DNA of 63,216 nt, counting the filler, from Basidioascus undulatus (lineage: Eukaryota), in assembly GCA_000826855.1 (NCBI GenBank). It is 6 parts of 6 records of this genome, joined end to end, with 100 filler letters (N's around TTAATTAATTAA, not from the genome) between each part and the next. Parts side by side here need not be neighbours in the genome. Positions count along the whole stretch, not along the records: positions 21,133 to 31,586 come from JTLS01001124.1; positions 31,687 to 42,135 come from JTLS01001125.1; 4 more parts are not named here. One strand, written 5' to 3'. The notes below the pieces were generated by a model. That model saw nothing but the letters and a program-made list of their open reading frames with translations. It was not told the origin of the DNA and ran no database searches. Each line of letters begins with the position of its first letter. Positions within the stretch are counted from its first letter, which is position 1. The position numbers and the translations under genes are program-made. This document shows positions 26,130 to 38,580 of this stretch, piece by piece.

Positions 26130-26511
26130 GCCTGCGCATCCGGCTTAGCATATACCCTTCAATTTTGATACCCATGAACCTTCTGCTGTCCTTCACTCTA
26201 TACTGTTGTTCTACCTCGACACGCTTCTGCCGTTCTGATAGCAATGCTGAGGACCAGCGCTGTTCTGGCGTAACCAGCTCGTTCTCGTGGTCCCTCCGCA
26301 AGACAAGAATAGCCATTTAATTTCTTATTCTAAATTGACGCAACCTCTGGACTCTCAAGTCCGCGTCGCGCTTCTGAATCACCCGCCGGGGCCGGCGCCA
26401 ACGTTGAGCTCACACATCGCGACCAACAGCGTGTAACATGTCAATCGCAGTGATTCGCAAGCATTCAAAGGTACATTCAGTAGTGCAAGTCAGTATGACA
26501 ATGATAGTACA

Positions 26512-27654
26512 TCAAGCCCACTCTGGTCCGTGAGCGACATGCCCTTCTCCGCCAATCTGCCCCCATACGCGTCGCCCATGAAAAGGCGGCAACCAATGCC
26601 GTCCCCGGAGAAAAAGAACGCCTCGAAACCAGTCGCGGAAGTTCGACTGCAAGACTTCGATTCGAAGAAGGAACGTTTCAATGAAAGGGTGGTGAGAGAC
26701 GAGGTTCAGAGCGTTGTCGTAATGTTCGGTGGGGCAGACTTCCAACTGGCGCAGACGTAGGCAAACGCTCCCCAAACGTTCGAAGGCGACCATCCCGTCG
26801 TAGTAATCTAGGCGAAGGCGGGTGAGCTGTGGCCCTATGTGTACGACAACGGTCATAAGAGGAGCTTGGTAGGTGCTACTGAGCATAAGCGACACTTCGA
26901 GCGATGGAAGATGAGCGTCTTCGAGGACGACCATGGTCACCTCGGTCGAGTGGAGGTCGTTGGCCAAGTACTCGGAGAGACGGACGTTCAAAATGACGCG
27001 AAGGAGCGACGGTATCATTACCCGTTGGACAGCTGAGGCCAAGACGAAGGACCTCGAGCTGCGTGCACCGCGATCGTGTGGCAAAGGCCACTGCCGGTTG
27101 AGAATCCACAGCGATTTCGAGATGCGGGAGCGATCGAGAATACGGCATAATAGATAGGGAGAGATTTTCGGAGCAGCGCAACAATCCCATGCGACCTCGA
27201 CGTGCAAACGTAATACGCCGAACTACCTGCGGCCTCCATGACGCTTGCGACCTGTGCCTCGGTGAAGCTGTCTTGGCCCGACTGCCACCGCACATAGACC
27301 GTGCGAATTCCCCGGACAATATTAAATTCTCCACGAGAGAGACGCGTCAAGAGGTGTCGAACGAGGCTGCAGGCATGAGACGGTGCGTGCAACACGAGTG
27401 TCCGAAGAAGCAGCGGCGACGCGATCTCCTGCGAGGACAGAACAATGGCTGGTGAGCTTGTGGATGTATTGGTTGGAGAAGGAAATGTGTTGTACCTTCC
27501 AGAGTTTGCAAACCGAGACTAGAACGCGAGCGACGTAGTACGAATTCAGATTGAGAGGGTGGGTCCGGGGTAACGAGAGCCTCGACGGTGAGTTCGAAGA
27601 TACGAAACAAGACTTCCGGTGGGACGCGAGTTTGAACAGGGCTCGAGAAGGCAT
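26512..27654 (-). pseudogene. Frameshifted, apparently intronless F-box/LRR-like gene
   Basis: RVPPEVLFRIFEL and VARVLVSVCKLWK (F-box halves) lie in different frames. A downstream ORF carries LRR-like LTRLRLDY and LRLRQLEV. Confidence 0.5.
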
Positions 27655-28018
27655 GGGGCTTTGATTGAGAGGAGCGATACTCGATTTCGATTAAAAGCGA
27701 AGGCTGGTAGGTAATGGGGGTCAACAGGTTCACAAAGGAAGATGATGATGGGGAGAGGCAAAACGGTTCCGGGACGAGCGTCCTTAATTGGCACTGCGTG
27801 GGGCCCGACTGCGCTCGTGACGGCACAACGGGGAGGCACTGACAGCGGGAAGTGCCCGCTCGCAGCTTGCCAGCACACCTCTTCCTGCCGATTGAAGGGG
27901 TCTTTCACTCTTCTGGTCTTTTGAGCGTCCCGGACTAGCCGACGCGCAGTATACGGACGTTCCTGGGTCCGGTCGAGCTCATACTCAGGCGCAGGTGACT
28001 GGCGAGGTCGTCTTACCG

Positions 28019-29387
28019 ATGCTGTACTACGTCCTTCTGGCGCTGCTGGGACTGCTTCTTCTGGCGTCTCTTGGTGTGCGTCCATTCCTGATAGTGCTGG
28101 TATCCACTTCTCACGCTGAAACTCCCTCCGCCAGTTGCTCGGCTTGCTCTACATATTCACCCCGGCATCTGTCCCGTCCTCACCATCCGAACACCTCTAC
28201 ATCTCCACCGCCGACCCTTCCACCCAACATGCCTTTCCACCGCCATCAGACATGCCCGACATTGCCCTGACAGTCGTCGTCCCCGCGTTCAACGAGCGGG
28301 AGCGCCTGCCGGCGATGCTCAAGGAGGCGGTCGAGTTCCTGCAGAGCCGGAAGGGGCAGGGGCAGTGGGAGGTCCTCGTCGTGGACGACTGCAGCCGGGA
28401 CGGGACCCGGGAAGTCGCTCTGGAGGTTGGGGCCGAGCTGGTGAATGGGAAGAAGGGCGGGGAGGTCAGGGTGATCAGGCTCGAGCGGAATAGAGGCAAG
28501 GGCGGGGCAGTCAAGCACGTACGTCTTGCTTCTGTTTCGGACCGCGACCTACTGGGTCTGAAGACGCTGATGGGCGGTCGGATTCGAAATGGGCAGGGCA
28601 TGCTCCATGCGCGAGGGGAACGGGTCCTGTTCGTCGATGCCGATGGCGCGTCGCGGTTCGCCGATTTTGAGCTGCTCGAGCGCGCGATGGACAGGATTGA
28701 GAAGGAGGGTCACGCCGTGGTGGTTGGGAGCCGAGCACACCTGGTCGGCACAGAGGCGACAGTGAAGGTGCGGTCCCCGGTGACTGCCGACATCTCTTGC
28801 TGGGGAAGGACGGTCGAAGCTCACTCAAGGTGGTCCACCAGCGCTCGTGGATCCGCAACCTCCTCATGCGCGCCTTCCACCTTCTTCTGCTCACGCTGTC
28901 CATATCAACCATTCGCGATACCCAGGTGCGAGCCCCTCCATTCCACTGTCTGCGCTGGAGAACGTGGTGCTGAAGGAAGAGAACAACGCAGTGCGGCTTC
29001 AAGCTCTTCACTCATCGCTCAGCGCGCCTGCTCTTTCCCGCGATGCATCTTTCGGGTTGGATCTTCGACGTCGAGCTGCTGCTGTTGGCGGAGATGGCTT
29101 CAATCCCGCTGGGCGAGGTCGCCATTCAGTGGCACGAGGTGGACGGCAGCAAGGTGTGATGTCCCGCCCGTCTCACGCTCATCGTTCGCATACTCACGCT
29201 TTCCCCTTCTACACGCAGGTACGGGTTGGGAGGGATGGCATTCGGATGGCGCTTGACCTGTTGGTCATCCGAGGGAACTACCTAATCGGCAGGTGTGTCG
29301 CTTTTTGCCCTTGAGGTGCCCTGACCAGCGCTAATGCTATGGCGGATTTGCAGATGGACAGTCCCTTCTTGGAAGAAGGAGAGCTAG
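28019..29387 (+). CDS. ALG5: Dolichyl-phosphate beta-glucosyltransferase
   Basis: N-terminal TM, LTVVVPAFNERERLPAML, VVDDCSRDGT, NRGKGGAVKH|GMLHARG, LFVDADGASRF, GSRAHL, IRDTQ|CGFKLF and WIFDVELL. Ends KKES*. Confidence 0.93.
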
Positions 29388-29870
29388 ACTTGGGTGGGCT
29401 TGGCGATGCGGGTCAGAACATAGACGGTCTGGTGTACCGCTGCACCCGCTCGTGCTGTCTGCCTGCAACGTTAGTTCTGAAGCCTGGAAGAGTTTCTTTG
29501 TTTCGGACCTCAAGGTTTCATCGAGTTTCTATTGAGAAAGATGAACTAAAGCCAACTGTTCACGAGTGTCAATATCCTTTCCAATTTCGCGGGCGTAATT
29601 CTGTGGCCGTGGCTGGCTACCTGAATACACTCCTCTCTATTGAGCATTATGTTTACGGGCTCATTTGGGGGCCAGAACAGTCGTGCACCCTATACTGCAT
29701 GAACGCTGCGCATGACGCAGAATTGCCTTCTCTGTGTGGTCGAGTGAGCCTGTTGGGCCCTCCCCGCGCTGTTGACGGCGTGGACTTCCGCTCCCGCTTA
29801 AGAAGGTCCATAAAATCAGTTTCTATCCTTGCTCTCGACCATCCTCAGGCCTACTTCTGCACCATCCACG

Positions 29871-30243
29871 ATGCACGCATTCGCAGCGACCACAGGCGGA
29901 CTGCTCCTTGCCCTCCTCGGCGCACTCACTGTGTGCCTGCGGCGCCAGCTCCTCAAGGCAAACCAGGATCCTCTTATAAGACTAAATGTCACATGCTAAC
30001 AAGTATCAGCTAGTCTATATCGGCCCAGCCACCGCCACCACGGGAGGCTCCTCGGTCGCTGGCCTCCAACCTGCCGGACAGCTTCTTCGCGGCCCGCCTG
30101 GCGCCTTCCCCAATCTCTTGGGAACCCTCGTCCCTAGCCCTCGCCCGGTGTGTCCAAACTGTCCTTGGTGCCTCAGCTGCCCGCCTTACCTCGTCGACTT
30201 CCTGGGCAACAGACCGGCGGGGCCGCGGCCGATCAGTCTTTGA
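29871..30243 (+). pseudogene. Small secreted Cys-motif protein, copy 1 (frameshifted)
   Basis: Signal-like MHAFAATTGGLLLALLGALTV, then ASNLPDSFF / GPPG...RPVCPNCPWCLSCPP...AGPRPISL*. Paralog of 30826-31176. Confidence 0.55.
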
Positions 30244-30825
30244 AACAACCAGTCTGGTTCGCGGAGAACTTGGGATTCTGTGGGATTGATGGGGTTGGTA
30301 TTGACAGTCAGACTTATTGGGGTTATGTGCGGGGTCTTCTCCTTTGTTTGAATGGGATGTTTCTCAGCTTGACGAACAAGGAGCACACCCACTACCGTCA
30401 CCGTCACATTGCCTGAAGCGTGAGCTACCGCCTTCGGCCTGGCAGTCGGAAGCTTGACAATTATTCCGAATAACTCTATGAGCGGAAGCCGAAAGTTCAC
30501 GAGGCTTCAGCTGCTGGTCGCTTTGACGGGTTCTGTGTTCCGCTGCCATTGGCTGCCAGGTGTAATCACTCCCAGCTGAACAGTGACCGCGAAGGCACAT
30601 AGCAGTCCTTTAAATTATAAGTCGCACATTTCATGTCTGTACGGCTTGCCAGAACGGCCTACATTGTAGCGTGTCCCCCTCTGACGCCTTGCCATGATGC
30701 GGCAAGTGCTTGAGGTTGTTGAGCCGTCCCCGTGCTGTTACGCAGCCTACTTCCGCCGCCGCTCAAAAATAAAAGGCGAATATTTGCACACGTTTTTGCC
30801 GTGTCCTTCGACAATACACACCTCC

Positions 30826-31176
30826 ATGGCAACCACCGCCGAAGCACTCCTTGCCCTCCTCAGCGCACTCAGCGTGGTATCCGCGGAGCCCGCTTCTCAG
30901 TGTAAGCCCGTAACCCGTAGCCCCTTAGGACCCTCATGAGCTCAAAGGTGTTACTTATTCCCCTTGGTTGCAGTGACAACTGCAACGGGGACTGGCCTCA
31001 AACCTGCCCGACAGCTTCTTCCAAGGTCCGCCGGGCACCATCGGCGACTTCACTAGGCGGCTCATCCCCACCAGTCGCCCGTTCTGCCCGAACTGCCCTT
31101 GATGCCTCAGCTGCCCACCATTTGGCCCCAGAGACTTGCGGAGCAATCCGGCCGGTCCGCAGCCTATCGGCCTTTG
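30826..31176 (+). pseudogene. Small secreted Cys-motif protein, copy 2 (premature TGA)
   Basis: MATTAEALLALLSALSVVSAEPASQ, a GT-AG intron, then ASNLPDSFFQGPPG...RPFCPNCP*CLSCPP...AGPQPIGL*. Confidence 0.55.
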
Positions 31177-31586
31177 AGCGGCCGCACGTCTTGATAGTTT
31201 TCTGCGAGGTTGCTTAGTGGGGTTTTGCAGTTATCTGGGGGTGCGGTACTCGCATGTTTTTGGTGGCCTGAGCTCGACAAAAGTATGCAGCAGACCGTCA
31301 CCGGAGAGGCGAAGACTGCTCCAGACTACTAAAAGCAATTGAAAGCGGGCAGCGTTGGACAGCGAGGAGTTCCTTGTAATGTACTTTCATTGCTTTCGGT
31401 GCAACGTGCGGCAAAAGCAAGCCTTCAAGTTATGCTAGGGTTAGGGTCACCAGGGAAGAAAATAAAAAGGAACAAGAGATGCGTTGACGGCTCAAGGTGC
31501 AGTGCAACCCGAGGCCATCGCGCCGGCGCCGTGTGCAAGCAGGGACGGCGCCGGCCGCGCTCAAAAATAAAGATGACAATGATGAG

Positions 31587-31686
31587 NNNNNNNNNNNNNN
31601 NNNNNNNNNNNNNNNNNNNNNNNNNNNNNNTTAATTAATTAANNNNNNNNNNNNNNNNNNNNNNNNNNNNNNNNNNNNNNNNNNNN
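31587..31686. other. Artificial contig spacer
   Basis: 44 N + TTAATTAATTAA + 44 N. Confidence 0.98.
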
Positions 31687-32275
31687 GGCAACGCACAAGT
31701 ACCACGACTCGACCTCGTGCGCTCCCATGACAATCGTGTTGAGGTTCTTGACGCGCGAGATCTCGTGCGTGTTCTGCGTCATGCTCCCGCTCGTCCGCAG
31801 CTTCTCGATCTCCTGCTCCTTCGAGTACACCGCGGGCGGCTGCTGGGACCTGTTCGCCCGCCCTCCTTCCCTGATCAGCTTCCCTCCCCGTAACACACAG
31901 CGTCCAGCGTCTTAGGAATGAGAACGAGAGGGGTCGACGCACCCAGGCAACGCCAGCGAATCATCGTCCTCGCCCTCCGCATCCTCCTCGCTGCTCCCTT
32001 CGGCGTCCTCCTCCCCAGGCGGCGCCTTCCGCTTCTTCCCCTGCGCCGCGTTCGCGGTCGCCTTCTTCAACAAGCTCGCGCCGCTCCCGCCCTTCTTGCT
32101 CGTCGGGCTCCCTGCCCTGCTCCCCCCAGCCTTGCCGTCCTTGCCGTCCTTCTCGGCGGCGGCGACGTCCCCCTTAGGCCGGGGCCACACCATCTCGCGC
32201 TCGCGGACGACGCGGTCCGCGCCGACCCACGCGTCGAGGCGCTTGTTGAAGTTGATGAAGTGGAGGTAGAACCCG
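31687..32275 (-). CDS. ESA1: Internal fragment of MYST histone acetyltransferase Esa1 (chromo-barrel end to start of MYST domain)
   Basis: [16 protein letters not shown]...WPRP and [42 protein letters not shown]. Confidence 0.9.
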
Positions 32276-32320
32276 CGTGGGAAGGTGGGGGGGTGCGGGG
32301 AGGTGGGGAGGAGTAGGTAC

Positions 32321-32893
32321 CTTCGCGTGGTTCGTGTTCCACACCCTGCAGGAGGGGGGGGGGTCAGCCATGTTGCAAGGGAATGGAGGCACATAGGCGT
32401 ATCAAGGCTTCACAGCACGATTTCTGGAGTGCTAATTACTGGGATAGGAAGACTCACTTGGTGGTAATGAACAGCTCCTCACGCTTGACAAGGCCGTCCT
32501 TGATAGCGCGGGCAACACCCTCGCCGCTGCGACCCCGCCGCACCGCAAAATAAGCGCTCCAAACGTCACCTCAACCTGTCTAAGAACAGAGTCAACGTAC
32601 CACTCCTTCTCGTTCCCGTAGTCCGCCGCACCGTCGAACAGCCGATAGCCGGCCTTGATGGCGTTGTCTGGCGAGCGGGTGGGGAGTCAGCTACGAGAGA
32701 CCTGGAAGCTGGAAAGACGCACAGACGGTGTCGGCGCAGGTGGACTTGGTGACCTTCCAGAGGCCTATCCGCCCACGCCAATCACAGTGAGTAACCCAGA
32801 AGACAGATGGATGGAGAGGAAAGGCCAAGACGCACCGAACCCGACCTGGGGCATCTTGACGCCGTTGTTAAGCTCAAGGACAGGGGACGCCAT
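32321..32893 (-). CDS. XYL1: 5' fragment of xylose/aldose reductase (AKR2-type)
   Basis: Spliced MASPVLELNNGVKMPQVGF|GLWKVTKSTCADT..NAIKAGYRLFDGAADYGNEKE|GEGVARAIKDGLVKREELFITTK|VWNTNHAK. No further exons. Confidence 0.88.
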
Positions 32894-33699
32894 TTCGATT
32901 CCTAGTTTACGTAGAGTGCTACGGTGTAGTAATCGGGAAGATGGTATATGAGGGAAAGAAGGGTGAAATGGGAGGGAAAGAGAGAAGACCGGTTGCTAAG
33001 CGATTGGTTGACCGAGCTGCGGCGAACGGGTCGTGCACGGGCAGTACTGTATTTGGGGAATAGAAGACGCGGCTTGACTTCGGGTGCCTGGAGGGTGGAG
33101 CTCCGCAAAAAGGCGGCTTTGGGGCGGTATCTTCCCGGAGCGCCCGATGAGGCAAGTCTCTGGAACTGGTGGTTCCCTGGCCTTCCCAATCCCAACCAAT
33201 CCCAACATCGAGCAGGTTACAACCCGCTCTGTTCAGAAAAGCATGCGAAAGGACCGACAGATCGACTCTACGCATGAGGAGAGCAACAGGCAATCGATCG
33301 CTCGGCAAGCCTTCCCCAACATGCACGGCTAATGCCCCTCGGCTGATGTGCAGTCGAGACGGCTAAAGAGGAGGTAGACATTCTTCCTCGGCTGTCGTTG
33401 GCTGTCGTGGTCTTTCAACTTCCATATTGTCTTTTCTCACTGGCTACGATTCGCCAGAGGGTTGAATGGATACCGGAAATATAGTGGAACCGGCAGAAAG
33501 AGCGCACACTCGCTTGGACGCGCTCAGCCAGCTGCTCCGACGGTCTTCGGGCTTGAGTTGCAGATCTCACCTCAACAATTCGTCGTGCAACGACTTCATT
33601 CAACCAACGTAAATAAGCGACATGGTCCCGCATCTATAAGCTGCCTCCTCCCATACGGAGGTCCCTCCTTCCCAACGCCTGCTTTTCTTTCAAACCCGC

Positions 33700-36600
33700 T
33701 CAGTGCAAGAACTGGAAGTCCAACCGCCGGTTCCCTATCCACAACCAAGCCCGTCAGTCTCTCTTCTCAAACATCTCCCAAACCGAAAGCCGGACCTTTG
33801 TTGGTGGTCGTGTCCAAATAGTGCGCACGTTCCTGACATCCGCCCGCACAGTCAGTATCAGGGCAGAGAAACGGGATTGAGGGAGAAGGGTGCAGATAAA
33901 CCTCAGTGCTCATCTCCCCCCAGATCCGCTCGCGCCGCTTGTTGGTCCACACATACATCGCTTTGATCGCCGGGTAGAGGACGATGTTGACGACTGCTAC
34001 TGCGATGAGGACGGAGTTGCCGCGGCGGTCTGGGTAGGGTTCACAGTCAGCAGCGTCAGCTTTGGGGCTGTCGGATGGGGAGGAAGGAGGAGGGGGACGG
34101 ACAGTACGGCTTGTCATCCTCCTGATAGATGTTTGCCGCGGCGATGGAGCCGACTTGGCAGAACCTGCACCGCGGGATGGTCAGGGCTGTGCTCGGAGGG
34201 AGGACGGTAGGAATGCGCACATGTTGTAGACTGAGCTGCCGACGGTACGGCTGCGCACGGAGCCGGAGTTGGAGGAGATCCAGGCGACCTGAAAACGGGA
34301 ACATCAGAATGGCTTCACGGACGGGAGCGTGAGGGGCTGACCTGAATGGCATGGACTGTTGAACGCAACGGGGCCGTTAGTATGAGTTTACAGAAACGGG
34401 GCGTGAAAGCTTGAGTGGAAGGAACGCACCGTAAGGGTGGGAGAGGAGACCGGTGATGAGGCCGAAGAACGCCTGCATTGCACTGTCGGTTAAGTAACCG
34501 CCCGAAACATGAGGTATTGTTTGGGAGATCACGCACCCACGGCTTGATCGGATGCTCCGGTGTGTTCCTCACATAAATCGCAACAAGGAAGGGCAAAATC
34601 CAGCCGCTCGAAGTCGCCGCCAACCAAGCACCTACCCCCGCCACCCTCAGTCTCAGCCTCGTCTTCTCCCTCCCCTCCCCCACGAAAAAAAGCCCACGTA
34701 CGCTCGTTCCACACCTCCGACAGCAGCGTGATGATGAGCAAGAACACGATGTGCCCGATGTCGGAAGGGATCGTGAGCAGGTTCGTGTTGGTTTTGGAGA
34801 AGCCGAGTTGGCGGAGCGATACTGATTGGGGTGGGAGGGAGGTGAGTTTGAGGGGGAGGAGTAGAAGAGAGGGGTGGATGGTGGAGCTCACACGTGAGGT
34901 ACGTGTCGGGCGGGCCGCCGGGGATGCTGAAGAGGAAGCCTTGCCTGTTGTGAAAGGAGGCAGGCATCAGCGTTTGCGGGCGGTATGGAGGTGGGGTTGA
35001 GAGGAACGTACAGGTAGATCGGCCAGAGGTGGTAGTCTTGGCCAGGGAGGAACGTCAGCTCGTAGGGAATGAGGAATGGGCAGGGCGTGGAAGCGCACCG
35101 GTGAGGGAGTCCCAGACCATGCGGAAAGACAGCGCTTGGCGGTTGTGGATGTCGCCTACAGAGCGAGACGAGAAACGTGTCAGTACCAGAACTACGCTCG
35201 ACCGACCTGGAGCTTCTCACCCTTGGTGTGGTCGTCGCGCAACAAACGCATGACAGCGATCTTCTCCTCTCGCTGAGAAGGAGAGGGGTGTGAGCATCAG
35301 ACTCGGCTGACTGTAGTGTTTCAGTCAAGACATACCTCGGTGAACCAACCCTAAGCGAAAGAGAGGAGTGTTAATGACGTTTAAAGCACTCACTGAAGAG
35401 CATCGAACGCACGTTCGGACGGAACCACTGTAGCGATGGGGTTCTGCGTCAGCCAGGCGCTCGCAACCGATTAACAGTAAGGACTAACGGTCTTCGTCTT
35501 GCTGATGGAGGACGGCATCATGCTGATACAAAAATGGATGTCAGATTGAAACCCCTTTGACCCCATCATGCCTTCACGATCGGTATGTGCTCACAAGAAG
35601 GTCGCAATACCGATGAAGACTGTCAGAATGCCTTCCAGCTAACCACACGAAGAAACGCATGGGTCAGGACGTTTTACTACCCTAACATAAAGGGAAGACG
35701 TACCAAGAACAGCCACTGCCACCCCGTCTTTCCGCCGATCCCGCGCATCTTGAGTATACCGATGGAGAGAAGGGAAGACACGATTCCCGACTGGAGAGCG
35801 AAAATCAGCACGCAAGCACGAGGCCGCCAAGTCACCAGGAGAGGAGGAACGTACGGAAGTGTGGGCAACCCAGAACCTGCACAGCCGGACAATCAGCAAA
35901 GATTGAAGAGAGGTCAGGATAATGGGGACGGACCAAGCAAGCCGCATCGGGAGTTCCCGAGTCTTGTAGAAGTACGAGAGGTAGAGGATCCTGTGATTCC
36001 ACTGTCATGAATTTGTTGTCGACGTGACCGGGTGAAGGTACATACATGTCAGGGCTAACAAGCACGGAGAATGATTAGTTTCCGCTGATACATCTCTTCC
36101 AGATTTGTACTCACATGAACCCGCCCCTACAAGGGAAGAATGTCAGCTATAGGCCTTGGAGGAAGCCGTAATGTACACTCACTGAACGAAGCCGATCAAC
36201 GCACGGCAAACCAGAAACCCAGTGCGGTTCGTGAGCCAGAACTGGCACAACCTGAATAACGGGCCGCCGAATTAGGGCCCACTCTCTTTTTCGGAGGAAA
36301 GTTACTTACGTGGTAACAGACCACCCCTGACGCGAGAAGCTCAATTCAACGACGACTCATAGTTTTCTGCGCTGTGCTGGACACTCACGATCATCCTGTG
36401 AAGAACGGGTCAGTTATGAGGAAAGAGATTGAGCTGGACTTACTGCATAGGAATCCACCTGTCTGGTCCGATCGCTGCGGGGGTAACATTTAACTCGCCC
36501 TTTCGGGGGTGTGAAAGAAAACGAGAGCCAACCTTTCGACACAAGCTGACTGGGCAGCTCGGCAGCTAGGAACGTGAGGCGGAAAATGGTGTTTCCAAGG

Positions 36601-37522
36601 CTGCAGGCAGGGTCAGCCCGGCGCTTCGGCAATGAAGTAAGGGCTAACGTACTTGAAGTCTTTGTAGACGATTCGGGGGCCATCAGCACCGACATCAGCA
36701 CCGACATACCGCTGTACCCCCGCCAAGATGTGACCGCGCACCGTTTGTGTCCATGCCCAGGTCCTTGATGATGCCGCTGCAGAGAGCGACTTCCAATTGT
36801 CAGAAGAAGACCCCTCCACGACTGGAATACAGAGCAATACACGTACTCTGTGTTTGCTTGCGAAATGTTGTAGCTGCTCAGCTCCTAGGTCAGCACCCCG
36901 AAGGATTTGACGACGCTTCAGCTGCCCCTACCGATCGATGTTCAGAGCCGCAAACCCAACGCATGCCCTGAATGCAGAGGTCAGCTCGAGCTAGTGAAAA
37001 TAACACCGTGGAACTGCTCACCAAATGAGAACGCGGATGTCGATCTTTTTGATAACAGCCTTCTCCTCGCGCCAGGTCCACCGGAAGCTCGGGTCGAAGT
37101 TGCTCAGGCTAGAGTGAACACCGTGTTAGGTTAAGAACAGCAGCGCTTAACTTGTGGCGGTCTCATAAACGTACTTCTCCCACTTCTCCGTCGGACGATA
37201 TTGCTTGGCCAAACCCGGATCATCGAAGACGCTCTGGAAGAGATCGGTAGTCAGCATCGGCTGGCGCACTCGGTGGCAAGCGTCAGAGAGTTCTCACCGG
37301 CTGTGTTGCAACAGCGTCCAGGTCGAACGCCCTAAGACGCTTGCGGTTAAAGATGTGGTCGGTCAAGCGGGGAGAACTGTTGTCAGATCCGGCTGGCGCG
37401 AGTGGGTACACGGGCTCGGCATGTATGGTCGAGGGATCCTTCGCGTCATTGATGTCCTTCTCGATGCTGGAGTCGGAAGAAGCGTAGGTGACGGCGAGCG
37501 TTGGGGCCACAGAGTCGGACAT
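33700..37522 (-). CDS. MFS transporter, allantoate/anion:cation symporter (DAL5-like) family, many microexons
   Basis: FDLDAVATQP|SVFDDP, FDPSFRWTWREEKAVIKKID, LGNTIFRLTFLAAELPSQLVSK, MRGIGGKTGWQWLFL, DYHLWPIY, LGFSKTNTNLLTIP, NIYQEDDKP, KGNRRLDFQFLH*. Confidence 0.9.
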
Positions 37523-38580
37523 GGTGCTCTCGTTCCGTTTGAAAGCGCTCGCAGGAGGGCAAAAGGAAAGGAAGACGGTCTGTTCTTATACGTCGAAACC
37601 GCCTTTCAGTCGTTCCGGAACGACTGGCCATTGTGGCGCTTACTGGCGAAGAATGCATGTTGAGGGGAGATCTTGGCGTCGTTGCTTGGAGAGGCCTCGA
37701 GAGCACGGGTATAATGTCAAACATTGCGAAAGACCATATGCAAAAGGTCCGGCGGCGTGGGACTGCGATTGCGAACGAGGTGGACGGCGATGGGGTAGCT
37801 CGACGGCACTTGTCGGAACGCCGTAACGTGCAGCACGGTTGTGTATTGACTCTCTCTGTCTCTTGATCCTCTTTACTTCTTTGTGCTCATTGGTCAGTTT
37901 CAGACGACAGGTCAGGCACCCAGCATGAAGGGACTTCTGTTCCGATCGTCGCTTCCCCGCGGGCTAGCGGGCCGCTCTCGACATCAGCATCTCTGGACGA
38001 CGAGAACACATTCATCGTGACAAAGTGCGTTCGCGAACAGGTCCGTTGTAGCCGAGATATAGTATTTATTGGACTTAAGTCAATCAACAGAGCGCGGGTT
38101 CCTGAAAGGTTGGCGGGAGTCTTGCAGAACGCAGAAGGCCGCCGGGCGTCTGTGATCGTCGTGAGACCATTATTGTAACAGCCTTCAAATTAACTTGAGC
38201 CACAGTATGCCCATGTCATTAAGGTAATGGAGGGACCCTGAAGGATTTGGTTCAGGCGAGAAGTGGGCTCTCTCGACCTTCGGCTTCAACTGAAGGGAGA
38301 ACGCTGCGCATGCTCTCCGGCGGCGTTCATTGACCTTGGACCCTCTGCTGTTTCCGGCTGGTTGCTCTGCCCCCGGTACTATGGAGCAGTCGTTCTAAAA
38401 TAAGGGAAGGTCTGAAACTAAGCAGACGATGAAGGCGGATGCACTAGCTGGCTTGTCTCGGGTCTTTTCGAGGGTTCAAACCTCGCACATCCGTCGACCA
38501 TACTTCGCTTACGCAAGAGAGCATCCTACTCTTCCCTCTCTTTCTCCTACTAACGCGAAGCACCTTTCTTCACTAACACC

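Noticed and set aside
31100..31102. In-frame TGA inside a Cys-rich motif as selenocysteine or recoding
   Set aside because: It aligns with TGG (Trp) in the paralog, not with Cys. No SECIS is evident, and TGA is a normal stop in other genes here.
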